64,000 bases of DNA from a virus (IMGVR_UViG_3300006155_000013:1-64000), one strand, 5' to 3'; numbered from the stretch's first letter, positions 27,909-35,352 are shown. Numbers and translations are program-made. The notes: generated by a model from the letters alone, not told the origin.

Positions 27909-28088
27909 CTTTGGATTCATCTCTTTTTCGATCAGCTCAACGATAAACTGCGTAGTACTTTTTCCACGCAGCTTTGCGTATCGGGTTATCTTTTCCTTTT
28001 GCCCCTTCTTGACCTTGATCTCTATCCGGTCGTAGGTCTTCTTATTGTACCGGGCCGTCGCCTCTTTCTGCGCGTCTGAATATGCCAT
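27906..28088 (-). CDS. Small Arc/RHH-like DNA-binding protein
   Basis: A..A..YNKKTYDRI.IKV.KG.KE.I...A...G.S...FI pattern; RBS GAGGGG. Confidence 0.7.
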   Translation of the reverse strand: MAYSDAQKEATARYNKKTYDRIEIKVKKGQKEKITRYAKLRGKSTTQFIVELIEKEMNPK

Positions 28089-28202
28089 GAAAACACCCCT
28101 CTTGAGGGCAGTATATAGGATTCTATCTCTATTTTGTATAATGTCGATATGATAAATTTGTGTATTATCCCACCTTTTTATACGGTCGACAGTATGCTAC
28201 AA

Positions 28203-28237
28203 TAAAAACCGTGCAGGGGCGGCAACCCCTGCACGGT
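28203..28237 (-). terminator. Intrinsic terminator of the HTH gene
   Basis: 12-bp stem ACCGTGCAGGGG/CCCCTGCACGGT with a U-tract on minus. Confidence 0.75.
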
Positions 28238-28242
28238 CCAGA

Positions 28243-28584
28243 TCAGCTGTGATCTTCTGAAAGCGCGTCTATCAAGTCGAGGAACAGGTGGATCGCCCTG
28301 TCCCTCCGCTCCGGCGGCAGGCTGCTGAACAGCCTCGCCGCCCGCTCCACCATCTCCGCCCGCTTCCACTCCGGTGGCCGGGCGGAGATTATTTCTGTTG
28401 CGGATACGCCGCATTTCTTCGCTAGGAGCTCTATCGTATCCGCCCTGGGATTGCAATCGCCATTGAGGTAATTTGCGGCAGCGGACTTCGCAATGCCCAG
28501 CTCCTCAGAGAGCTCTGCCACGGATAACTGGCGCTCTTCCTTGTATCGCTTGATGAAGTTCGCGATATTCTCGTTGATCGGCAT
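28243..28584 (-). CDS. XRE-family HTH transcriptional regulator
   Basis: MPINENIANFIKRYK..LSVAELSEELGIAKS...YLNGDCNP; RBS AAAGGAG. Confidence 0.85.
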   Translation of the reverse strand: MPINENIANFIKRYKEERQLSVAELSEELGIAKSAAANYLNGDCNPRADTIELLAKKCGVSATEIISARPPEWKRAEMVERAARLFSSLPPERRDRAIHLFLDLIDALSEDHS

Positions 28585-28669
28585 GACGATCTCCTTTCTT
28601 TGCCTGTGGAGTTCCATGCCGAGTGGGGGGACTGCGGGAGCGCGGAGGCCCGCGTTTCCTTTGTAACAT

Positions 28670-28710
28670 AAAAATGCAGCTCCATTCGTCTTGAAAGGAG
28701 CTGCATTTTT
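28670..28710. terminator. Bidirectional terminator-like hairpin
   Basis: AAAAATGCAGCTCC-N13-GGAGCTGCATTTTT. Confidence 0.7.
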
Positions 28711-28712
28711 AT

Positions 28713-28754
28713 TGCATAAAATTATTACTCCGACCGGAATAAAAAGTTTATGCA
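28713..28754. other. attP-like serine-integrase site
   Basis: 42-bp imperfect palindrome, 17 of 20 symmetric pairs around a central AC, 17 bp past the integrase stop. Confidence 0.7.
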
Positions 28755-28771
28755 GTAAAATTCTCGAAAAA

Positions 28772-30166
28772 TTAAGGCCGGAAAAGGATCGTGATCTGCC
28801 GCGTGGGATGGACAAGTATCTTATCCAACGCCGACCGCCAAAAGGCCTGCTTATCGGTCCTTCCCAGTTCCTGGTATGCGCTCTGCCATCCTTGATAGAA
28901 GATCGACAGCAACCGGTCCGCAGTTGGCACGGCGGCGGGCACACTGCGCTCTTCTATCGTCAGGGCGTCCAGCTGCGCGGTTAATGCTTCATAATCCTTT
29001 CGGTACAGCTCCAAATCTATTATAGCATCAACATACAGATCTTTCAAGCGGGAAAGCCTCTTTTTTAACTTGGTACGCTCCTCCTGGAAATTCTTTGCCG
29101 GCCTCCCGGCGGACGCGGTCTGCTCCAGCTGATAGCCGAATTGCCGCAGCTCTGCATCCACGTTCTGCAAGAGATAATCCTCCACCACGGTCTCCCGGAT
29201 GTTGACATCGTTGGCGCAGTCCCCGTTATTATACCGCCCGCGGCAGTTGTAGGCGATGCCGCTGCGCCACTCTCCCGACTTGACACGGTAGTTATTTGTA
29301 TGAGACCCGTACCGCCGCCCGCACTCGGAGCAGAAGATGATCCCCGCAAAGAGATAGACCCGGTCTGCATCGGTCCTGCGCTCCGCACGGCGGCGGTTGG
29401 TGGAAATTTCGTCAAACTGCTCCTGCGTGATATACGCCGGGCACATCCCCTCCACGCCCTCGAAGCACCCGCAGTACGCCTCCTTGGTCAGCATGAGCCG
29501 GGACAGGTAGTAGGTGAAGAGCACCCCGCAGCGGGCTTCCGTGGCTCTACGGGCCTGTTCAATGGATCGGGTGGCCAGGAAGCGCTCAAAAAAGCAGGAC
29601 ACCGCCGCCTCCGTCTCCGGATCCTTGACCACCTTCTTTCCCTCGATCTTGTACCCCGTCGGGACCTTGCCGGTGCAGGGCTCCTGCCGCTCCTTTTTGG
29701 AGGCGAACACCGCCTTGATCCGCTCGCTGGTGCGGTCCGCCTCGTCCTGGGCCACGCTGAGCATGATGTTGATCTTCAGACGGCCCGAGGCGGTAGAGGT
29801 GTCGTAGTCCTCGTGGATGGTCTTCCAGTCTACGCGGTGGCGCTCCAGGATTTCCTGGACCTTGTAATATTCAGCTATGTTCCTAAACCAGCGGTCCAGC
29901 TTGGTGAAGACAACCAAGTCAATCAGGCCGGTCTCCACGTCCGAGAGCAGCCGCTGAAGCTCCGGACGCTTCGCCGCGCTTTTGCGTGCGGAGATACCGG
30001 CATCAATGTAGTGCCCGGCCACCTGGACCCCTGCCGTTTCCGCCCAGGCGTCCAGAGCCTCCCGCTGGGCCTCGATGGACAGGCCGTGGACCGCCTGCTC
30101 TTCTGTGCTGACGCGGATGTACAGCGCGGCTCGGGCGGCGGGAACGATGCCTTTTTCTGTTTTCAT
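28772..30166 (-). CDS. int: Large serine recombinase (integrase)
   Basis: YIRVST (catalytic Ser), KLDRWFR, recombinase domain, Zn ribbon CSECG...C..C, coiled coil. Confidence 0.96.
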   Translation of the reverse strand: MKTEKGIVPAARAALYIRVSTEEQAVHGLSIEAQREALDAWAETAGVQVAGHYIDAGISARKSAAKRPELQRLLSDVETGLIDLVVFTKLDRWFRNIAEYYKVQEILERHRVDWKTIHEDYDTSTASGRLKINIMLSVAQDEADRTSERIKAVFASKKERQEPCTGKVPTGYKIEGKKVVKDPETEAAVSCFFERFLATRSIEQARRATEARCGVLFTYYLSRLMLTKEAYCGCFEGVEGMCPAYITQEQFDEISTNRRRAERRTDADRVYLFAGIIFCSECGRRYGSHTNNYRVKSGEWRSGIAYNCRGRYNNGDCANDVNIRETVVEDYLLQNVDAELRQFGYQLEQTASAGRPAKNFQEERTKLKKRLSRLKDLYVDAIIDLELYRKDYEALTAQLDALTIEERSVPAAVPTADRLLSIFYQGWQSAYQELGRTDKQAFWRSALDKILVHPTRQITILFRP

Positions 30167-30168
30167 GG

Positions 30169-30280
30169 TTGCATTCCTCCTATAAAATGTGATAATATAG
30201 GAGAAGTGATAGGCGTTGCAATCTTATCACTTCTCCTTGAACCGTCTCCGGTGCTGGCGCACCGGGGACGGTTTTTTATT
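30169..30280 (+). ncRNA. Putative antisense sRNA cassette L1 (promoter plus two hairpins) upstream of the integrase
   Basis: TTGCAT(30169)-16-GATAAT with TG extension; hairpin 30199-30237; terminator hairpin with CTGGCG loop and T6. Confidence 0.6.
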
Positions 30281-30614
30281 GCGCTTTTTTCAGCTCGTTG
30301 ACGTCTGTACGCAGACGCTTGATAGAATCCTTCATCATGGGCACGTCGCCCGCTAGTTCATACATACGGTCGTTGTCGGCCTTTTTCTTCAACTGCTCCA
30401 TGATTGCTTCATGACCCTCGTAGAGCGCCTGGAGCCGGGGCAGGACCACGCCCTCCTGAGTGACGGCTACGCGGGTCAGGGTATCCTGCATCTCGTCCAG
30501 ACGCTCTCCTTGTTGGGCCTGGGTGGCTTTCAGCTCTGCGACATCGCCTTTCAGTCCTGCGACATCGCCTGTCAGCTTTGTCAGCATCTGCAAAATCTTC
30601 TCTTCGTTGTTCAT
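30276..30614 (-). CDS. Coiled-coil hypothetical protein in the lysogeny operon
   Basis: 112 aa heptad pattern; RBS AAAGGAG. Confidence 0.75.
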   Translation of the reverse strand: MNNEEKILQMLTKLTGDVAGLKGDVAELKATQAQQGERLDEMQDTLTRVAVTQEGVVLPRLQALYEGHEAIMEQLKKKADNDRMYELAGDVPMMKDSIKRLRTDVNELKKAQ

Positions 30615-30659
30615 GGTGTGCTCCTTTCTATGTACCCCGCCGGGGAGGCGGGGGCTTTT

Positions 30660-31100
30660 TTATGCCGGTTTTGTTTCGCTGGAGGCGGAGGAAGCTGATC
30701 CGCCTGCCGCCCGTCTCTTCTCTTCAAGGATTTCCCGGTAGTACTCCTCCGCTTCGGCGCGGGCCTCTGTCTCGTAGTCTGTGGGGACAGGGGTGTCCGT
30801 ACCAGCGGGCGGGGCGGGAGTGGTTGTTTCCGTTTTGGAAATAGCCGCCGGGGCGGGGGTGGCCGCCGGAGGAGTGGCAATGGAATTGATCAGTCGTTTT
30901 ACAGCGGAACGGTCGGCTTCACTCAAATGTAGATAACCCAAGATGATACGTTGGTCCAGCTCATCCAGGTCAAACTCTCCAACAATCTGGGCGATTTGCG
31001 ATTCCGGTACGCTACGGAACATCTCGCCCTTGCCGGTGCGAAGCCAAGTTTCGTTGACATTGAACTCCCGGCAGATGGAGAATATGACCGCCTCAGACAT
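30660..31100 (-). CDS. Repressor paralogue 3, lacking the N-terminal HTH helices
   Basis: Starts at the FNVNETWLRTGKGEMF segment shared with paralogues 1 and 2; C-terminal EARAEAEEYYREILEEK. Confidence 0.65.
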   Translation of the reverse strand: MSEAVIFSICREFNVNETWLRTGKGEMFRSVPESQIAQIVGEFDLDELDQRIILGYLHLSEADRSAVKRLINSIATPPAATPAPAAISKTETTTPAPPAGTDTPVPTDYETEARAEAEEYYREILEEKRRAAGGSASSASSETKPA

Positions 31101-31180
31101 AGGAGGCGCTAGAGGCTCGAAAACTTTAGCACCTCCTTGACCGTCTCCGGTGTTGGCAGCACCGGGGGCGGTTTTTTATT
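31101..31180 (+). ncRNA. Putative sRNA cassette L2, same two-hairpin architecture as L1
   Basis: AGGAG...CTCCTTGA-CCGTCTCCGGTG-TTGGCAG-CACCGGGGGCGG-TTTTTTATT; promoter not clear. Confidence 0.5.
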
Positions 31181-31266
31181 CTCCTGCGTCTATTTCGGTG
31201 GCTTCCCTAAGTACCGGGCCAAGTCAATGACCTTGCCCCAGTCCCTTGTCTGGCAGGGCGGGGGCT

Positions 31267-31932
31267 TTATTTTGCCTGCTTTGTTCCACCACTCCCAGTA
31301 TCGCTTTGTGAAGCTGAGGATTCTGCCGCCCGTATCTTTTCTTGAAGGATCTGTTGATAGAACTCATCCGCTTCAGCACGGGCTTCCTGTTCGGCCTTAG
31401 TCCGTGCCGGGGTGATCTCCTCTGATACCTCAGACCCTTGCTGCATTTTAGAAAAATACTCTTGTATTGCGGCCCTTTTTGCATCCTCTGCATATGCCAA
31501 CGCTTCCTCTATTGAAGGGTATCCCATTTCTGTTTTCAGAAGTTCCTCCGGCTTTTTGTCGCCAACCGATTTCATCAGCACACGGTAAAAGAACGCCCGG
31601 ATGGCTTTCCTGTTGTTGGGTGTCAAATGAAGGTACTCATCCACCAGCGCCTCATCAAAGGGATCCAAATAGAAATCGACCGCAAGCTCCTCCAAAGCCG
31701 TGTTGGGGGCTTTAGTGAACATTTCCCCCTTCCCAGTGCGGAGCCAGGTTTCGTTGACGTTGAATTCTTTACAAATTAAGGAAATTACTGAATTGCTTGG
31801 ACCGTTCCGGTCAATTTCATAACTTGCAACAGTATTTCGTTTCATACCAATACGATCAGCAAATCCTTGCTGTGTAAGGTCTAGTGCCCTGCGTAACTTT
31901 TTGATTCGCTGGCTGATTGTTTCGATCTGCAT
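31267..31932 (-). CDS. XRE-family repressor paralogue 2
   Basis: MQIETISQRIKKLRRALDLTQQGFADRIG; RBS AAGGAGG. Confidence 0.88.
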   Translation of the reverse strand: MQIETISQRIKKLRRALDLTQQGFADRIGMKRNTVASYEIDRNGPSNSVISLICKEFNVNETWLRTGKGEMFTKAPNTALEELAVDFYLDPFDEALVDEYLHLTPNNRKAIRAFFYRVLMKSVGDKKPEELLKTEMGYPSIEEALAYAEDAKRAAIQEYFSKMQQGSEVSEEITPARTKAEQEARAEADEFYQQILQEKIRAAESSASQSDTGSGGTKQAK

Positions 31933-31948
31933 TTTATCCTCCTTAAAA

Positions 31949-32320
31949 TTATTTTGCCAAAGCAAGAGCGAAGCGCGCCGCCGCCTGCAACTCTTCCTCG
32001 CTCATAGCGGCCAAAGCCGAGAGGAAGCGGTACCGGATGTTCCCCGGTTCATCGCACAGTGCCAAGTCTACAAAGGCGGAGATTTCATCGTTTGCGGTCC
32101 TCTTGATGAACATTTCCCCCTTCCCAGTGCGGAGCCAGGTTTCACTTATTTTAAATTCACGGCAGACACCTAGCAGTAGTTGGTCAGAAGTATTTCGTTT
32201 TCCAGATTCTATAAGTGCAATAGTGTTTTGCTTTACACCAATACGCTCAGCAAATGCCTGCTGAGTAAGGTCCAAAGCCTTACGCAGTTTTTTTATGCGT
32301 AAATTGATGGTTTCGTTCAA
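31949..32320 (-). CDS. XRE-family repressor paralogue 1 (CI-like), TTG start
   Basis: (M)NETINLRIKKLRKALDLTQQAFAERIG; first gene behind the leftward promoter. The track's 33019 start is an over-extension. Confidence 0.88.
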   Translation of the reverse strand: MNETINLRIKKLRKALDLTQQAFAERIGVKQNTIALIESGKRNTSDQLLLGVCREFKISETWLRTGKGEMFIKRTANDEISAFVDLALCDEPGNIRYRFLSALAAMSEEELQAAARFALALAK

Positions 32321-32350
32321 ATTGCAATACCCCCCCTTCTGGATAAATTG

Positions 32351-32437
32351 ACAATAGCACAAAAGCGTTGGTTTGTCAACAAAAAGATTGAATCCGACAA
32401 AAAGCCTCTTGACAAAAGACGGATTCAAGCATATAAT
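32351..32437. promoter_or_regulatory. Primary genetic switch: divergent sigma70 promoters and operators
   Basis: Plus TTGACA(32409)-17-TATAAT(32432); minus TTGACA(32379)-17-TGcTATTGT; inverted repeat TTGAATCCG/CGGATTCAA. Confidence 0.85.
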
Positions 32438-32471
32438 AGTCGGAGAAACAACAAAAGGAGGTGAACACAAA

Positions 32472-32645
32472 ATGCGGAAACCGAATACGGAAGCCATTTC
32501 CAAGGAGGATATGGACTTTATCCGTTTGATGGCGGCAATGCCCACAGAGGCAAAAATTCTGACAAGGGGCCTGATCCTGGGCCTTGGCCTTTCGGAAAAG
32601 ATCCAGAAGGGAGGCAATCCGGAAACGGCACGGCCCAGCGCGTGA
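32472..32645 (+). CDS. Small protein in the Cro position, no evident HTH
   Basis: RBS AAAGGAGGT; MRKPNTEAISKEDMDFIRLMAAMP. Confidence 0.75.
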   Translation: MRKPNTEAISKEDMDFIRLMAAMPTEAKILTRGLILGLGLSEKIQKGGNPETARPSA

Positions 32646-32689
32646 AACCACCCCATGTGGACCGGGCGTAGGAAGGGAGGTGAAAGAAA

Positions 32690-32881
32690 ATGGCGAATCA
32701 TCTGGACTATCTGGAAGAGACGGGAATGACGGCAAGCGAGTGGGAAAAAGCCACAAACGCCGCCGCCCAGGATCTGGTGGATGTCCTTCGCAAAAGAGGC
32801 TGCACCTACCATGACGCAAAAGCGGCCCTCAGCAAGGCCGACACCATTTTGGAGCGGGCCATCCTGAAGGCCAAGGTTTGA
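32690..32881 (+). CDS. Small hypothetical protein
   Basis: RBS GGGAGGT; 63 aa. Confidence 0.7.
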   Translation: MANHLDYLEETGMTASEWEKATNAAAQDLVDVLRKRGCTYHDAKAALSKADTILERAILKAKV

Positions 32882-32906
32882 TCTATAAAAATAAGGAGGA
32901 CACCGA

Positions 32907-33464
32907 ATGAACGAACTGAAAATCTTCGAGCATCCCAAATTTGGGAGAATCCGCACCATCATCGAGGATGGTAAGACCCTGTTCTGCGGTAAGGACGCCG
33001 CGTTGGCGTTGGGGTACAAGAATCACATCAAGGCATTGGCAGACCATTGCAAGGGGGTAACGAAACGCGACCTCCCCACCAACGGTGGAGCCCAGACTAT
33101 GAATTTCATCCCCGAAGGCGACCTCTGCCGCCTGGCCGCAAAATCCGAGCTGCCCGGTGCAAGCGAGTTCGAGAGCTGGATTTTCGATGAAGTGATTCCC
33201 GCTATCCTGCGGACTGGTACCTATACGGTGCCCGGAGCGGCCCCAAAGTTGCTTTACCTTCCCGAAGGCGTTTCTTTGAACGGACTGGCAAAGCTGCTGA
33301 CCATCACGCGACGGATGATGCTGGACATGGGCAAAGGCCCGAACGAAATCGGTTCCGTAGCAAAGGGACTGTTTGACAGCTGCGGTGTGCCCCTTGCCCC
33401 AGCGTTCTACAACGAGCTCCCCGGACAGACCAGTCTTTTCGACTATCCCGCTCTGGAGAGATAA
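32907..33464 (+). CDS. Antirepressor, Bro-N domain
   Basis: FEHPKFGRIRT...LFCGKD.A.ALGY...FIPEGDL.RL...A..FESWIFDEVIPAI. Confidence 0.9.
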   Translation: MNELKIFEHPKFGRIRTIIEDGKTLFCGKDAALALGYKNHIKALADHCKGVTKRDLPTNGGAQTMNFIPEGDLCRLAAKSELPGASEFESWIFDEVIPAILRTGTYTVPGAAPKLLYLPEGVSLNGLAKLLTITRRMMLDMGKGPNEIGSVAKGLFDSCGVPLAPAFYNELPGQTSLFDYPALER

Positions 33465-33571
33465 AAAGCGCCCCGCCGGGTGCGCCAACATCCGACAGGG
33501 CAAGCGAGACCAAAACATACGAAAAATCAGCCTCTACCCTCCATTATACCGGAGGCCGGGGCGGAAAGCAA
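33461..33571 (-). ncRNA. Putative antisense sRNA cassette R1
   Basis: Minus TTGCTT(33571-66)-17-TATAAT(33548-43); ~76-nt RNA ending in a hairpin with UUGGCG loop and U5. Confidence 0.65.
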
Positions 33572-33576
33572 GGAGG
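33498..33576 (+). repeat. 79-bp perfect direct repeat (copy 2 at 34842-34920)
   Basis: Identical by direct comparison. Confidence 0.95.
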
Positions 33577-33581
33577 GCCCC

Positions 33582-33794
33582 ATGCGGGAGAACCTGAAAG
33601 CCGCCCGCAAGGCGGCGGGACTGACACAGCAGGCTATGGCGGAGAAACTATGTGTAGGACTACGGCATTACAAAAAAATCGAGAGCGGAGAAACACTTGG
33701 TAGTATCGATTTGTGGGACAAACTGGAGGATATTACTGGGATTCATCAGCGGATTTTGCGAGAAATTCGTCTCGGCAAAGAAGATAGTCTGTAG
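33582..33794 (+). CDS. Cro-like XRE HTH protein
   Basis: MRENLKAARKAAGLTQQAMAEKL; RBS AAGGAGG. Confidence 0.85.
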   Translation: MRENLKAARKAAGLTQQAMAEKLCVGLRHYKKIESGETLGSIDLWDKLEDITGIHQRILREIRLGKEDSL

Positions 33795-33960
33795 AAACGT
33801 TCAGGATATCTGCTATAAGTACAAGTCCCTCAAGCGTTGGGTTTGCGTGTCCGCTTTCGTATTTTCGGTAGTTTCGCAACCCGGTTTGAAGCGCATCCGC
33901 CATTTGTTGAGCCGTAATCCCCCGTTCTTTTCGCGTTTTATTCAATCTTTCACCTAGCAT
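33733..33960 (-). CDS. XRE HTH repressor of the secondary switch
   Basis: GERLNKTRKERGITAQQMADAL...P.LE.L..IADILNVSTDYLL; RBS AGGAGG. Confidence 0.88.
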   Translation of the reverse strand: MLGERLNKTRKERGITAQQMADALQTGLRNYRKYESGHANPTLEGLVLIADILNVSTDYLLCRDEFLAKSADESQ

Positions 33961-33981
33961 AAAATTTTCCTCCTAAAAGTC

Positions 33982-34041
33982 TTGACAGTGCCATAATAAT
34001 ACACTATAATGAAGCTGTCAGTAAGTGCCATAGTATGGCAC
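33982..34041. promoter_or_regulatory. Secondary switch: overlapping divergent promoters with two 17-bp operators
   Basis: Plus TTGACA(33982)-17-TATAAT(34005); minus CTGACA-17-TATTAT; GTGCCA-N5-TGGCAC at 34025-41 and a degenerate copy at 33988-34004. Confidence 0.85.
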
Positions 34042-34063
34042 CATCAGAAAGGAGGACAAGCAA

Positions 34064-34273
34064 ATGGTAATCACCTACGAACGGCTACGGGAACTCCGGT
34101 TCCTGGGCGTAACACCGGAGACCGAGTGCTGTGCGAACTGCGAGCACTTCCACCAGCACTACAACAAAGACGGGGGCCTGATTTTCGCAGGGCACTGCTG
34201 CTATCCGCGCATGAAGCCCAGGAAAGGCTACGACCTCTGCAAGTATTTCAAGGGCAAGGAGGACACCGAATGA
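34064..34273 (+). CDS. Small Cys/His-rich protein (CANCEHF...GHC...C)
   Basis: RBS AAAGGAGG; first gene after the secondary promoter. Confidence 0.75.
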   Translation: MVITYERLRELRFLGVTPETECCANCEHFHQHYNKDGGLIFAGHCCYPRMKPRKGYDLCKYFKGKEDTE

Positions 34274-34806
34274 AAGTACAAGACTACCACGGCAAGAGCG
34301 TCATCGACAGCCGCGAGGTGGCGGAGATGGTGGAGAAGCAGCACAAGAACCTTCTCGCCGATATCCGCGGGTACCTCAAAATCATGGAGAAGGCTAACGG
34401 GCTGAATTTTCAGCCGGTCGATTTCTTCATTCCCAGTACCTACCAGGACAACAAAGGCGAGGACCGTCCCTGCTACCTCATCACGAAGAAGGGCTGCGAC
34501 ATGATCGCCAACAAGCTGACCGGCGAGAAGGGCGTGCTGTTCACCGCCGCCTATGTGACGGCCTTCGAGGACATGAAGCGGGCGTTGGACGCCCCCAACC
34601 GCGCCCCGGAGGTCTCCCCCAGCGGGCTCGCAAAGCTCATCACCATCACCCGTCGGATCATGCTGGACATGGGCGGCACCCCGGTCCAGGTCGGCACGAT
34701 GGCCCGGGATGTATTCAAGGCGTACAACTTCCCGGTTCCCATTGCGCTGGACAAGCAGTTGGAGGGACAGATCAGCTTCTTCGATCCGCCTCTGCTGGGC
34801 AACTAA
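34270..34806 (+). CDS. rha: Antirepressor, Rha-family N-terminal domain
   Basis: IDSREVAEMVEKQHKNLLADIR...STY.D.KGE.RPCYLITKKGCD..ANKLTG.KG..FTA.Y. Confidence 0.9.
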   Translation: MKVQDYHGKSVIDSREVAEMVEKQHKNLLADIRGYLKIMEKANGLNFQPVDFFIPSTYQDNKGEDRPCYLITKKGCDMIANKLTGEKGVLFTAAYVTAFEDMKRALDAPNRAPEVSPSGLAKLITITRRIMLDMGGTPVQVGTMARDVFKAYNFPVPIALDKQLEGQISFFDPPLLGN

Positions 34807-34915
34807 AAAAGCGCCCCTGCGGGTGCTGCCAACACTCGCAGGGGCAAGCGAGACCAAAACATACGAAAAATCAGCCTCTACCCTCCATTATACCGGAGGC
34901 CGGGGCGGAAAGCAA
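34803..34915 (-). ncRNA. Putative antisense sRNA cassette R2
   Basis: Minus TTGCTT(34915-10)-17-TATAAT(34892-87); terminator hairpin with UUGGCAG loop and U6. Confidence 0.65.
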
Positions 34916-34925
34916 GGAGGAAATT

Positions 34926-35141
34926 ATGAATTTTCACATCACGCTCAGCCCGGAGCAGTTCGAGTTTCTGGACGGACTGCTGGGGGATGTGGTCCAGCTT
35001 TATGAGCACCAGGCCGCCGCTCTGGCCTGCCTGGACGGCGAGGCGGCCCGGGACCTGGCCCAGGAGCGGCTGGATGCGTCCCAGAATGCGGCGGAGATCG
35101 CGTGGCTGCTGGCTAACACCAAGCCTGTGGAAGGAGCGTAG
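34926..35141 (+). CDS. Small acidic hypothetical protein
   Basis: RBS AAGGAGG; 71 aa. Confidence 0.7.
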   Translation: MNFHITLSPEQFEFLDGLLGDVVQLYEHQAAALACLDGEAARDLAQERLDASQNAAEIAWLLANTKPVEGA

Positions 35142-35145
35142 AGAG

Positions 35146-35352
35146 ATGGGACGTAGGGAAAAGCCGGTCACGTTCAAGATCGTTGTCCCGCCTAGCGCGG
35201 CTAGGGCCGAACAAATGAGCCGCGACCTGCTGGAGATGGTGATGAAAAAGGAAGGGATCACGGCCAAGATCACCCCCGTGAAGCGCGGGCCCGGAGACCC
35301 GATTCTGACCATCGTCCCGCCGGAGACGGCGGGGAAATCTGCGAGTGCGTGA
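35146..35352 (+). CDS. Small hypothetical protein
   Basis: MGRREKPVTFKIVVPP; fits the operon tiling. Confidence 0.6.
   Translation: MGRREKPVTFKIVVPPSAARAEQMSRDLLEMVMKKEGITAKITPVKRGPGDPILTIVPPETAGKSASA

Larger units (their letters stand above)
1..28712 (+). mobile_element. Prophage A (siphovirus-like): distal early genes plus complete packaging-head-tail-lysis module; left end outside the window
   Basis: Co-oriented terminase, portal, scaffold, capsid, tail tube, 1170-aa tape measure, holin and endolysin in canonical order; no sheath gene. Confidence 0.92.

Noticed and set aside
31190-31363. Alternative-frame ORF overlapping the 3' end of repressor 2 (GRILSFTKRYWEWW...GKVIDLARYL)
   Set aside because: Protein-like, but no start codon, RBS or convincing slippery heptamer; cannot be supported without conservation or ribosome-profiling data
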